A stretch of 64,000 nt of DNA from a virus, in the IMG/VR virus record IMGVR_UViG_3300044899_000017, positions 1 to 64,000 of that record; one strand, given 5' to 3'. The notes under the pieces are model-generated. The model had not been told where the DNA came from. It did not search any database and saw only the letters and a list, made by a program, of their open reading frames with translations. Position numbers and translations under genes: made by a program. Shown here one piece after another: positions 9,351-17,434 of the stretch. Each line of letters opens with the position of its first letter. Positions within the stretch are counted from its first letter, which is position 1.

Positions 9351-9706
9351 TGACGGCGTTCGAGCCGGGATCACACGAGGCGGGGCAGGCGCTCGAAGCG
9401 GTGCGCGAGGCCGCGTGGGAGACGATGCGGCCATGCGTCGTCTTCGGCGCGCAGCTCGTCGGCTATGCGGTGGGCACGCAGCCGGAGGCGTGGGGTGCGA
9501 TGCTCGGCGACCTCGTGGTGCGCGGCGATTCGCCGGCGGACGCGATGCGGTCCTTCGATCAGGCGTGGCGTGGGCTGCCGTGCGAGAAGATGATCCGGCT
9601 GCCCGACGAGGCGCGGTCGGAGGAGACGGGCCGCGAGTGCTGGCGGCACGAGAAGTGCGTGCTGCGGCCGGGACACGAGGGCGACTGCGCGCCCGAGGCG
9701 AGCTGA
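9350..9706 (+). CDS. hypothetical protein
   Basis: C-terminal C..CVLRPGHEGDC motif; coupling. Confidence 0.7.
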   Translation: MTAFEPGSHEAGQALEAVREAAWETMRPCVVFGAQLVGYAVGTQPEAWGAMLGDLVVRGDSPADAMRSFDQAWRGLPCEKMIRLPDEARSEETGRECWRHEKCVLRPGHEGDCAPEAS

Positions 9707-9942
9707 TGGAGGCGACGGTGCGGCTGTCGCTGTCGGGGCCGCTGCCGAAGACGAGCGCCGAGGCCGAGGCGCTGACGGCGGCGCTCGAAGGCGCGGTGCG
9801 GGGGCAGACGGCGTGGTGCCCGGAGGGCTTCGAGCGGCCGACGGCGTTCGGGGTAGAGTCGGCCGAGGTCGTGCTGCTCGACACGGGCGCACGGGAACAT
9901 CGGCACCTGCACGTGGTGGACGACGGAAAGGGGACGGGCTGA
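9706..9942 (+). CDS. hypothetical protein
   Basis: TGATG coupling at both ends. Confidence 0.65.
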   Translation: MEATVRLSLSGPLPKTSAEAEALTAALEGAVRGQTAWCPEGFERPTAFGVESAEVVLLDTGAREHRHLHVVDDGKGTG

Positions 9943-10121
9943 TGGCGGGGAAGCGAGCGGAGCCGGTGAACGTGGGCCGGCGGAAGGTCGATCCGGGGGC
10001 GCTGCCGACTCTCTCCGAGGAGGAGGCCGAGCGGCAGCGGCAGGAGAACGCCGAGCGGACTCGCCGGATCGAGGACGGGCGGCTGCGGTTCGGGCCACTT
10101 CGAGGGGACGTGCGGCGCTGA
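9942..10121 (+). CDS. hypothetical protein
   Basis: TGATG coupling at both ends. Confidence 0.6.
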   Translation: MAGKRAEPVNVGRRKVDPGALPTLSEEEAERQRQENAERTRRIEDGRLRFGPLRGDVRR

Positions 10122-10306
10122 TGGCATACGACGACGACTTCGAGCGCCACGAGCGCCAACTCGACGAGGAGCATCGCGAGGAGCAGCAGCTCGACCGCGA
10201 CATCCGTCACGCGCCGGCGCCGGGCCGCGGGCCTGCGCCGGAGCCGCCGGCGGGGTGGCGCCGCTCGGGCCGTGGCACCATCGAGCGCATCCCGACGCAT
10301 GGGTAA
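10121..10306 (+). CDS. hypothetical protein
   Basis: TGATG coupling. Confidence 0.6.
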   Translation: MAYDDDFERHERQLDEEHREEQQLDRDIRHAPAPGRGPAPEPPAGWRRSGRGTIERIPTHG

Positions 10307-10676
10307 GCGCGCGCGGAAGGGCGGCGTGACGAACGCCGCGGTGCGCGCAGCTCGCGCGGCGTGGCAGCAGCAGGACGACGGCGCGGCCGCGGTCGCGCAG
10401 CGCGTCTATAACGCGGTCCACGAGGCGAAGACGACCGGCGAGGCCGGCGACGTGTCGCCGCTGCTGTGGGGGCCGCTCGTGGTCGCTGCGGAGATGGCCG
10501 CGGCGGTCGTGGTGAAGGCGAACGGGCTGCCCGACACGGAGGAGCAGCGGATCGAGGTCGCGGCGTACTTCACGGCCGGGTTCCTCTCGGGCGCGCACGG
10601 CTTCGACTTCGCACACTTCGAGCGCTGGCGGCAGCGGACAGCCGACGGCGCCGAGCAGGACCCGGAGCCGGGCTAG
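10299..10676 (+). CDS. hypothetical protein
   Basis: ORF overlapping previous stop. Confidence 0.7.
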   Translation: MGKRARKGGVTNAAVRAARAAWQQQDDGAAAVAQRVYNAVHEAKTTGEAGDVSPLLWGPLVVAAEMAAAVVVKANGLPDTEEQRIEVAAYFTAGFLSGAHGFDFAHFERWRQRTADGAEQDPEPG

Positions 10677-10723
10677 CGCTCGGCTGCGGCATCACGGACA
10701 CACACGAGGAGGGGACGCACTCA

Positions 10724-11050
10724 ATGGGAGAGGTACAGACGCTCGGCGCGGCGCCGGCGCGCAGCTTCACGCAGCGGATGGACGCGCTCGACACGGCGAA
10801 CGAGGTCCGGACGTTCCGGGCCGCGAAGAAGCGGGACCTGAAGGCGGGGCGCGCGTCTGTGCGCGAGCTGCTGCTCGACCCGCCGGAGCAGATGCAGACG
10901 ATGAAGGTCTTCGACCTGCTGCTCGCCACGCCGAAGTACGGGCGCGTGAAGGTGAACCGGCTGCTGACGACGTGCCGGATGTCGCCGTCGAAGACGCTCG
11001 GCGGGATGTCGGATCGGCAGCGCTCGGAGCTGGCCGCGATGGTGCGGTGA
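10724..11050 (+). CDS. mihF: actinobacterial-type integration host factor (H2TH nucleoid protein)
   Basis: APARSFTQRMDAL..ANEVR..RA..KRDLKAG...MKVFDLLLATPKYGRVKVNRLL..CRMSPSKTLGGMSDRQR; SD GAGGAGG. Confidence 0.9.
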   Translation: MGEVQTLGAAPARSFTQRMDALDTANEVRTFRAAKKRDLKAGRASVRELLLDPPEQMQTMKVFDLLLATPKYGRVKVNRLLTTCRMSPSKTLGGMSDRQRSELAAMVR

Positions 11051-11064
11051 CGGCCGCACGCGTC

Positions 11065-11113
11065 CGATAACTCTGTTATCGTTCGCGGTGTACCCGAGCT
11101 GTAGGAGGATGTC
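11065..11113 (+). promoter_or_regulatory. early promoter/5'UTR cassette copy 3
   Basis: CGATAACTCTGTTATCGT, TACCCGAGCTGTAGGAGGA at 11091, GTG 11114. Confidence 0.9.
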
Positions 11114-11662
11114 GTGAAGAAGTTCATCGCAGTGTCCGTGGTCGCCGTCTCGTTCCTCGTCGCCGCGCCGGTCGCGCAGGCGGACGCGGTGGACGACGCG
11201 ATAGCCGCGCTCGAAGGGATCAGCAGCGTCCCGGCGCCCGAGGCGGCGCCGCCGGCGCCCGCTCCCGAGGCCGCTCCGACTCCGGCCGAGGAACACGCGG
11301 CGTGCGTCGAGCTGTTCGGCGCGGCCGACTGTCACGAGTTGGAGTGCGAGGAGTCGTTCGGCCTCGACGGGTGCCCGCCGAGCGGGTTCCATTCGTCGGA
11401 CGATCCGCTGCCGCGGGTGCCGCATCTCGGCATCGGCGAGGCGAAGGGATCGCTGCGGCGGCTCTTCGTGCGCGACCTGAACGGGATCAAGCTGCACACG
11501 CGGATCGTCGGGTGCCATCGCACGCGCAGGAACCGCGTGGACTGCACGCTCGTCCTGCACGTGCGGGGCAGCTCGTGCCGCTCGCACGCGTACGTGGTCG
11601 AGACGGCCGACGGTTACACGGCGAACGTGATCGGCTTCCGCTGCCGGAAGGTGGGCCGATAG
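11114..11662 (+). CDS. secreted Cys-rich protein with signal peptide and Pro/Ala linker
   Basis: MKKFIAVSVVAVSFLVAAPVAQA signal peptide; PAPEAAP repeats. Confidence 0.8.
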   Translation: MKKFIAVSVVAVSFLVAAPVAQADAVDDAIAALEGISSVPAPEAAPPAPAPEAAPTPAEEHAACVELFGAADCHELECEESFGLDGCPPSGFHSSDDPLPRVPHLGIGEAKGSLRRLFVRDLNGIKLHTRIVGCHRTRRNRVDCTLVLHVRGSSCRSHAYVVETADGYTANVIGFRCRKVGR

Positions 11663-11863
11663 ATGGCGAAGATCAGCGCACGAGGCGACCGCGAGAAGGC
11701 GCGGTGGCGGCATCCGGAGTCGGGCGCCGAGCTGGTGCTGACGGTGAAGGGCCGGCTGCTCTTCAAGTTTCAGAAGGGCGCGTCGCTGTCGCTGCGGCGT
11801 TCGCAGGTCACGGATCAGGGCGCCGCGGACTACGCGGCCGAGCGCGGAATGGAGCGTGTCTGA
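11663..11863 (+). CDS. hypothetical protein
   Basis: abuts neighbours. Confidence 0.7.
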   Translation: MAKISARGDREKARWRHPESGAELVLTVKGRLLFKFQKGASLSLRRSQVTDQGAADYAAERGMERV

Positions 11864-12156
11864 TGGCCGGCATCGAGCCTCCCGAGGGCTTCGAGCTGCG
11901 CGGCCGCGCGCGGCTCGCGCCGGCGACGCTGAAGGCGCGGCCGGTGACGGAGTGGCAGGGCGACCTGCGCCGGCTGCTCGAAGCGGGCGCCGGCGAGCGG
12001 TGGCTGACGCCGCGCGAGGCCGGCTTCGGCTCGGCCGGCGGCGTGACGAACGGGCTGCACGCGCGCGGGGCGCTGCTGATCGCGGAGAAGCGGTCCGTGA
12101 AGCGCTACCGGCTGACGGACTACGGCGCCCGAGTGGCGCGGACGGGGAGGGCATGA
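11863..12156 (+). CDS. hypothetical protein (possible wHTH)
   Basis: YRLTDYG wing-like C-terminus. Confidence 0.6.
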   Translation: MAGIEPPEGFELRGRARLAPATLKARPVTEWQGDLRRLLEAGAGERWLTPREAGFGSAGGVTNGLHARGALLIAEKRSVKRYRLTDYGARVARTGRA

Positions 12157-12746
12157 TGCGGTACTGGACGATCAAGGGCGACCCGGACGACCGGCGCTTC
12201 TGCTTCACGACGGAGCCGCGGTTCGAGTGCCCGCACGAGTCGATCACGTACTCCGTGACGGACCTCGCCGGCGGCGCGCCGACGATCACGAAGCGCCGGC
12301 CGGAGGAAGCGGTCGGCATCACGTTCACGCGGCACGTGTCGGAGGAGATGGCGCAGGCCGCGCAGCTCCTCGGCCTCGACGGGAAGAAGCTCGCGGCGAT
12401 GCTCGTGGGCGCGCATCGCTCGAAGCCGCCGACGCGCGAGCGGGTGGACGGGAAGCTAACGAACCGGTGCGCGACGTGCGGCGCGAAGATGATCGACCAC
12501 GGGTACTCGGCCTACGTTGAGCGGCCGCGGCGCGAAGACGAGATGGACGCGATGCACCGGACCTCGGCCGCGATCAGTTCGCGGCTCGGCGGCGAAGGGC
12601 CGATGGTGCGGCTGAAGAGCGCGACGGGCCTGAAGCGGTCCGAGGCGCGGCAGTGGGCGTGGGAAGCGCGGCAGCAGGTCGCCGCGGAACTCGAAGAGAT
12701 GAGTGGCGCGCCGTCGCGGAGCGGGCACTCGAAGGGGAAGGCGTGA
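12153..12746 (+). CDS. hypothetical protein
   Basis: SD GGAGG, ATGA overlap; CATC..H. Confidence 0.7.
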   Translation: MMRYWTIKGDPDDRRFCFTTEPRFECPHESITYSVTDLAGGAPTITKRRPEEAVGITFTRHVSEEMAQAAQLLGLDGKKLAAMLVGAHRSKPPTRERVDGKLTNRCATCGAKMIDHGYSAYVERPRREDEMDAMHRTSAAISSRLGGEGPMVRLKSATGLKRSEARQWAWEARQQVAAELEEMSGAPSRSGHSKGKA

Positions 12747-13411
12747 TGAACGACGGAGACAAGCTCCGCGCGCCGGAGGGCTTCGCGCTCTTCGGATGGT
12801 GGCGGTCGAACGGCGGGATTCAGGCGCAGGTGCGCGAGTCGCAGGTGCATCTCGTGCGAGCCGGCGACCCGAAGGACCGCCGGCTCGTGTGTGGCCGGCG
12901 GTCGCCGACGCGCGGCGCCAGCATCGAGCGCACGCCGACGTTCACGGTCGGCTACTCGGACGAGCGCGGCGTGTGCGAGCGCTGCTTCGTCGTGGCGCTG
13001 ACGGAGACGACGCACGCGCCGGCGCATCACTCGGAGAACGGCGGCATCCCGTGGGGCGCGCGCCGGCCGACGAAGCTGTGGCAGCTCGGGTGCGCGTGCG
13101 GGAAGGCCGCGAGGCTGAACGAGGACAAGCGCGGCGTCGAGCAGGCGCACCGCGAACACGTGCGGGCCGTGCTGTACGACGGCGTGTTCGGGATGGAGCA
13201 GGCCGGCAGCGGCGCCGAGAAGAGCATCGGTACGGTGGGCGACGTGGCGCAGCGCTGCGGGCTGACCACGACGACGAAGGTCCGGGCGCTGCTCGACGAG
13301 CTGCGGCTCGGCGGCGTGCCGCTCGTGCTGCCGCACGTGGCGCGTGCCGACATCCGCGTCCGGGTGACGCGATTCGAGGAGCCGTGGCTGCCGGCGAAGG
13401 GCGGCGCGTGA
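12746..13411 (+). CDS. Zn-binding hypothetical protein
   Basis: H..C..CERC and CAC..HREH motifs. Confidence 0.7.
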   Translation: MNDGDKLRAPEGFALFGWWRSNGGIQAQVRESQVHLVRAGDPKDRRLVCGRRSPTRGASIERTPTFTVGYSDERGVCERCFVVALTETTHAPAHHSENGGIPWGARRPTKLWQLGCACGKAARLNEDKRGVEQAHREHVRAVLYDGVFGMEQAGSGAEKSIGTVGDVAQRCGLTTTTKVRALLDELRLGGVPLVLPHVARADIRVRVTRFEEPWLPAKGGA

Positions 13412-13557
13412 TGTCGGCCTACGGCTTCCTGCGGACGGTCGCGCTCGGCGTGGCGTGCGCCGGCGGGGCGCTGCTGCTGACGCTGCCCGTCGGCGCCGTG
13501 GTGCTGCTCGGCGCGGCCGGCCTCGCTGTCGGTTCGCGCACGTACCGGGACGAGTGA
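13411..13557 (+). CDS. small two-TM membrane protein
   Basis: hydrophobic, coupled. Confidence 0.6.
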   Translation: MSAYGFLRTVALGVACAGGALLLTLPVGAVVLLGAAGLAVGSRTYRDE

Positions 13558-13558
13558 G

Positions 13559-13840
13559 ATGCAGATCGAGACGCCGAAGAGGTCGAGGCTGCCGTTCCGC
13601 CGGCCGCTGCGCCGCGGCCGCGCTCGGGTGCGTGGCGCGCACGAGGCGAAGCGCGAGCCGGAGACGGTCGTGCGGGTGCGGCTCGGGCTGCGGACCTACG
13701 CGTACGTGTGCGAGCCGGTGGCGCTCGGGACGCTCGTCGAGGTCGCGGCGCCGATCAGCGGCATCGTGGTCCGGCGGGTGGTCGGCTTCGGCCGGGACGG
13801 CTACACGGGGCCGCTGAAGCGGGCGAAGGTCGTCCGATAG
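13559..13840 (+). CDS. hypothetical protein
   Basis: TYAY...V.LG.LVEV...YTGPLK pattern. Confidence 0.7.
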   Translation: MQIETPKRSRLPFRRPLRRGRARVRGAHEAKREPETVVRVRLGLRTYAYVCEPVALGTLVEVAAPISGIVVRRVVGFGRDGYTGPLKRAKVVR

Positions 13841-13891
13841 CGCGCTTATCGTGCGGCTCTTACCCGAGCTGGCGACGAAGAGGAGCGTGGG
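13835..13891 (+). promoter_or_regulatory. early promoter/5'UTR cassette copy 4
   Basis: CGATAGCGCGCTTATCGT, TACCCGAG at 13861, GAGGAG, ATG 13892. Confidence 0.8.
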
Positions 13892-14767
13892 ATGGGCGCG
13901 ACGGCGTGGTGGGAGCAGCGGATGGCGGGCTTCGACCTAGAGACGACGGCGCCCGATCCGGAGGAGGCGCGAATCGTGACGGCCGCGGTCGCGCTGTGCG
14001 GTGGCGGCGGGCCGACGGACTCGCGCGTGTGGCTCGCCGATCCGGGCGTCGAGATTCCGGAGGAGGCCGCGGCGGTCCACGGCATCACGACGGAGCGCGC
14101 GCAGGCTGACGGCCGCGACCGCGCCGAGGTCGTTCGCGAGGTCGTCGAGAAGCTGACGCTCGCCGCGGCGGCGGGGTGGCCGCTCGTGATCTTCAATGGC
14201 CGGTACGACCTGACGGTGATGGACCGCGAGTGCCGGCGGCTCGGGATACCGCCGCTGTCGGAGCGGCAGATCACGCTGCGGGTGATCGACCCGCTCGTGA
14301 TCGACAAGTGGCTGCACCGGTTCCGCCCGAGCTATCCGAACAAGCTGTCGCCGGAGCGCGCGGCCGAGTTGGGCATCCCGAGTTCGAGGACGCTCGACGG
14401 TATGTGCCGGGAGTACGGGGCGATCCTCGACGGCGCGCACGACGCGGCGTACGACGCGGTGGCCGCGTGCCGGCTCGCGTGGGTTCTCGGCGCGAAGGGG
14501 AAGGTCGTCCGGAACATCCGCACGTGGGGCGGGCACGCCGGGCACGACACGGCCGAGCGGCGCCAGCTCGAAGAGCAGTGGGAGGCCGTGCGGTACGACC
14601 TCGACCTGCTGCACGCGGCGCAGATCGGGTGGGCTGCCGAGCAGGCCGCGGGCCTCGCGGACTACTGGCGCGAGAAGATGGCGAAGGGCGAGGAAGTGCC
14701 CGGCGATCCCGACGAGGTTCGCGGCGACTGGCCGTTCGTGCCGGCGTCGTCCGCCGTGGTCGGGTAG
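13892..14767 (+). CDS. DEDDh 3'-5' exonuclease (DnaQ/Pol III epsilon-like)
   Basis: FDLETT, VHGIT, FNGRYD, AHDAAYD motifs. Confidence 0.9.
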   Translation: MGATAWWEQRMAGFDLETTAPDPEEARIVTAAVALCGGGGPTDSRVWLADPGVEIPEEAAAVHGITTERAQADGRDRAEVVREVVEKLTLAAAAGWPLVIFNGRYDLTVMDRECRRLGIPPLSERQITLRVIDPLVIDKWLHRFRPSYPNKLSPERAAELGIPSSRTLDGMCREYGAILDGAHDAAYDAVAACRLAWVLGAKGKVVRNIRTWGGHAGHDTAERRQLEEQWEAVRYDLDLLHAAQIGWAAEQAAGLADYWREKMAKGEEVPGDPDEVRGDWPFVPASSAVVG

Positions 14768-14776
14768 AGTTCGCGG

Positions 14777-14840
14777 CTGCGAAAGGCGTACTCCTCTGTC
14801 CGCGGTCACGGCCTCGCTTCGGCGGGGTCGTGGTCGTTCT
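14777..14840 (+). ncRNA. candidate late small RNA with anti-SD core
   Basis: GGCGTC-N16-TAGAGT (14743-14770), unpaired ACTCCTCTG, then terminator. Confidence 0.35.
14802..14840 (+). terminator. intrinsic terminator ending left accessory region
   Basis: 16-bp stem with G.U pairs, C-UUCG-G loop, followed by TCT. Confidence 0.8.
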
Positions 14841-14846
14841 AGGGGA

Positions 14847-14881
14847 GGGATCGGTCCGCATCCCGTCGTACTCTCCGCGGG
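14847..14881 (+). promoter_or_regulatory. late-type leaderless promoter
   Basis: GGGATC-N16-TACTCT-N7-ATG. Confidence 0.75.
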
Positions 14882-15415
14882 ATGGCGACCCTGATGCGAC
14901 GTGCCGCGCTCGACGACCTGCCGCGGGTCGTGTGCCCGGCTGCGCTGCCCATAGCGGGCGCGCTGCCGAGCTGCGGCGGCGTCGTCTGCCGGGTGATGCA
15001 GCAGGAACGCGGCCGCGAGACGGGCGTCGGCTACAACCCGGCGCAGACGGCGCTCGCGCGTGACGGTTCGGATGGCGTCTTCCTGACGCTCGCCGGCGAT
15101 CCGTCCACGGTCGAGCGCTTCTGCTGCGGCGACGGCGTGCCCGTGATGGACAATCGGGAGAAGCGGGGCGGGCGCGACACGTACACGTACTGTCCCGTGT
15201 GGCAGGCCGAGCAGGAGAGGATCGCCGAGGGCCGCGGGCAGCTCGCCGGCGGCGGCGTCCTGCCCGAGCCGGAGAAGGTGTCCCATTGGGACGACGGCCG
15301 CGGGACCGTGCGCGAAGCGCCGGCGGGCAGCTCGTACGCGTCGGAGGACCCGTGGGCGCAGGCGCGCCGCGACCTCGACGTGCTGGCGCCGCCACCCGTG
15401 ACCGTGGGGAGCTAG
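14882..15415 (+). CDS. Cys-rich hypothetical protein preceding portal
   Basis: ORF directly after late promoter. Confidence 0.75.
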   Translation: MATLMRRAALDDLPRVVCPAALPIAGALPSCGGVVCRVMQQERGRETGVGYNPAQTALARDGSDGVFLTLAGDPSTVERFCCGDGVPVMDNREKRGGRDTYTYCPVWQAEQERIAEGRGQLAGGGVLPEPEKVSHWDDGRGTVREAPAGSSYASEDPWAQARRDLDVLAPPPVTVGS

Positions 15416-15419
15416 CGCC

Positions 15420-17432
15420 GTGGCGCTGCTCGACCGCCCGGTGGTCGCTCGACTCGCCGAGGCCGCGGAAGAACGACTCGGCTTCGGCATCCGCCCGACC
15501 TCGGAGCTGAAGCGCTCCGAGCTGATCGAGTCGGAGTTCCGCGAGCTGGCCGACGATGCCGAAGACCTCGCGCTGCACTCGATGGACTACTTCACCGGGC
15601 GCCCGCACGAGATGGGCACGGAGCGCCGGAAGCGGATCGCGCAGCGGTCGCGCGTCGCGCTGAAGTTCGACCCGCTCGCCGGCGCCGAGTCGCAGCTCCT
15701 CGCGGACTTCTCGTTCGGTAAGGGGATCGGGAAGCCGACGGCGCGCGAGGAGAAGGTGCAGGAGGTCATCGACGAGGCGTGGACCGATCCGAATAACGAG
15801 GAGAAGCTGACCGGCTTCATGGCGCAGCGGAAGCTGTCAAACGAGCTGATGACGGCCGGCGAGCTATTCCCGACGCTGTACGTGGGCGGCGGGAAGGTGC
15901 GGGTCGGACGGCTCGACGCGGACACGGTGGAGGCCGTCGTGCCGGACCCGGAAGACCGGCTGCGGCCGCTGTGGTACATGGCGCGGCAGCGCCGCTTCAA
16001 GTGGGATTACGAGCAGGACCGCGCCGCCATCGAGGACGAGCTGACGGAGGCGGGCAAGCCGAAGGTGAAGTACTGGAAGCACTGGCGGAACTTCGACGAC
16101 GCGACGCGCGAGCGGGAACTCGGCCTCGTCGAAGTCGATGAAGAGCTGCTGATCGAGCCGCCGACGGAGAAGCAGGCGAAGGGCGTCGTCTTCCATCTCG
16201 CGATCAATCAGACGGGCGAGGAGCTGCGCGGGAACCCGCCGTGGGCGCGGTCGCTGCGGTTCTTCGAGGCGATGAACATCCTGACCGAAGCGCACGTGAC
16301 GATGGCGCAGGGCGCCGCGACGTTCATCGCGAAGCGGGTGATGAAGGGGTCGCCGAAGCAGATCGCGAAGGCGGCGGCGTCCGTGCAGGGCCATATCTCC
16401 GAGCTGGGCGCCGGCAGGTACGACGGGCCGGGCTTCCCGCAGGGCGAGGGGCCGGCGGCGTTCGCTCCGGGCGCTCCTCCACCGGTGGCGCCGGCGTCGT
16501 GGTGGAACGAGAACGAGTCGTCGAAGCTCGAAGCGCTGTCGCTGAACTCGGGCGCGGCGCAGGCGGCGCAGACGGCGCAGATCGTGCGGGCGCCCATCGC
16601 GGCCGCGGCCGGCTTCGGGCAGCACTACCTCGGCGACGCGTCGAACTCGAACCTCGCGACGGCCTCGACGCTCGAACTCCCCGCGACGATGCGGATCGAG
16701 TCGTGGCAGGAGTACTTCGCGCAGATGTACCGGTGGTTCACGGACCGCGCTATCGAGGAGGCCGTGCGCGCGGGCAGGCTCGGCGGGATGGACGGCTTCC
16801 CGGACGACGGGCCGATGGCCGAGCTGTACCTGCACGAGTCCGAGGGCCGCGCGGCGATGGAGAAGCGCACGGGCCTCGACCTCTCGTACGAGTTCGTGAT
16901 GCCGTTCCCCGGCCGGCGCCAGCTCCCGGAGGTCGTGACCTTCGTGCAGATCATCGCGACCTCGATGGACCCGAACGGCGTGAACATCCCGCTCCGGCGT
17001 CACCTGCTGCGCTTCGCGTTCGAGCAGATGGGCATGGACGACATCGGGCACGCCGTCGAGGAGTGCATCCCGGACAATCCCATCGCCGGCGGCATCGGGC
17101 CGCAGGAGCCTTCGGTGGACCCGGTGACGGGCGAGCCGACGCTGAAGCCGGCGGGCACGCTGACCGTGCCGCCGCCGCCGGGCGCGCGGAAGGCTGCACC
17201 GGTGGGCGCCGCTCCGACGGATCGGCCGGCGAACGTGAAGCAGGGCACGACCGTCGGCGGGAAGCCGACCTCGCCGGCGCGCGAGTCGGAGTGGATACCG
17301 GCCGAGCTGCGCGGGCCGCTCGGCGAGTTCACGGACGAGTCCGCGGCGCTCTTTCAGAAGCTCGTGTCCGAGCCGGCTGTCCTCGCGACGTTGCAGCTCG
17401 CCGGCTCGAACGGCAACTCCGCAGGGAGCTAG
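15420..17432 (+). CDS. portal protein
   Basis: 670 aa, first large gene of head module; D.W..P.N, GELF, V.DPED, RG.P and DASNSNLATAS motifs typical of portals. Confidence 0.85.
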   Translation: MALLDRPVVARLAEAAEERLGFGIRPTSELKRSELIESEFRELADDAEDLALHSMDYFTGRPHEMGTERRKRIAQRSRVALKFDPLAGAESQLLADFSFGKGIGKPTAREEKVQEVIDEAWTDPNNEEKLTGFMAQRKLSNELMTAGELFPTLYVGGGKVRVGRLDADTVEAVVPDPEDRLRPLWYMARQRRFKWDYEQDRAAIEDELTEAGKPKVKYWKHWRNFDDATRERELGLVEVDEELLIEPPTEKQAKGVVFHLAINQTGEELRGNPPWARSLRFFEAMNILTEAHVTMAQGAATFIAKRVMKGSPKQIAKAAASVQGHISELGAGRYDGPGFPQGEGPAAFAPGAPPPVAPASWWNENESSKLEALSLNSGAAQAAQTAQIVRAPIAAAAGFGQHYLGDASNSNLATASTLELPATMRIESWQEYFAQMYRWFTDRAIEEAVRAGRLGGMDGFPDDGPMAELYLHESEGRAAMEKRTGLDLSYEFVMPFPGRRQLPEVVTFVQIIATSMDPNGVNIPLRRHLLRFAFEQMGMDDIGHAVEECIPDNPIAGGIGPQEPSVDPVTGEPTLKPAGTLTVPPPPGARKAAPVGAAPTDRPANVKQGTTVGGKPTSPARESEWIPAELRGPLGEFTDESAALFQKLVSEPAVLATLQLAGSNGNSAGS

Positions 17433-17434
17433 CC

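Noticed and set aside
11065-11081. Palindrome as a Fur box or N4-type hairpin promoter
   Set aside because: Half-site spacing differs from the Fur 7-1-7 core and no virion RNA polymerase is present; the extended -10 explains the conservation better.
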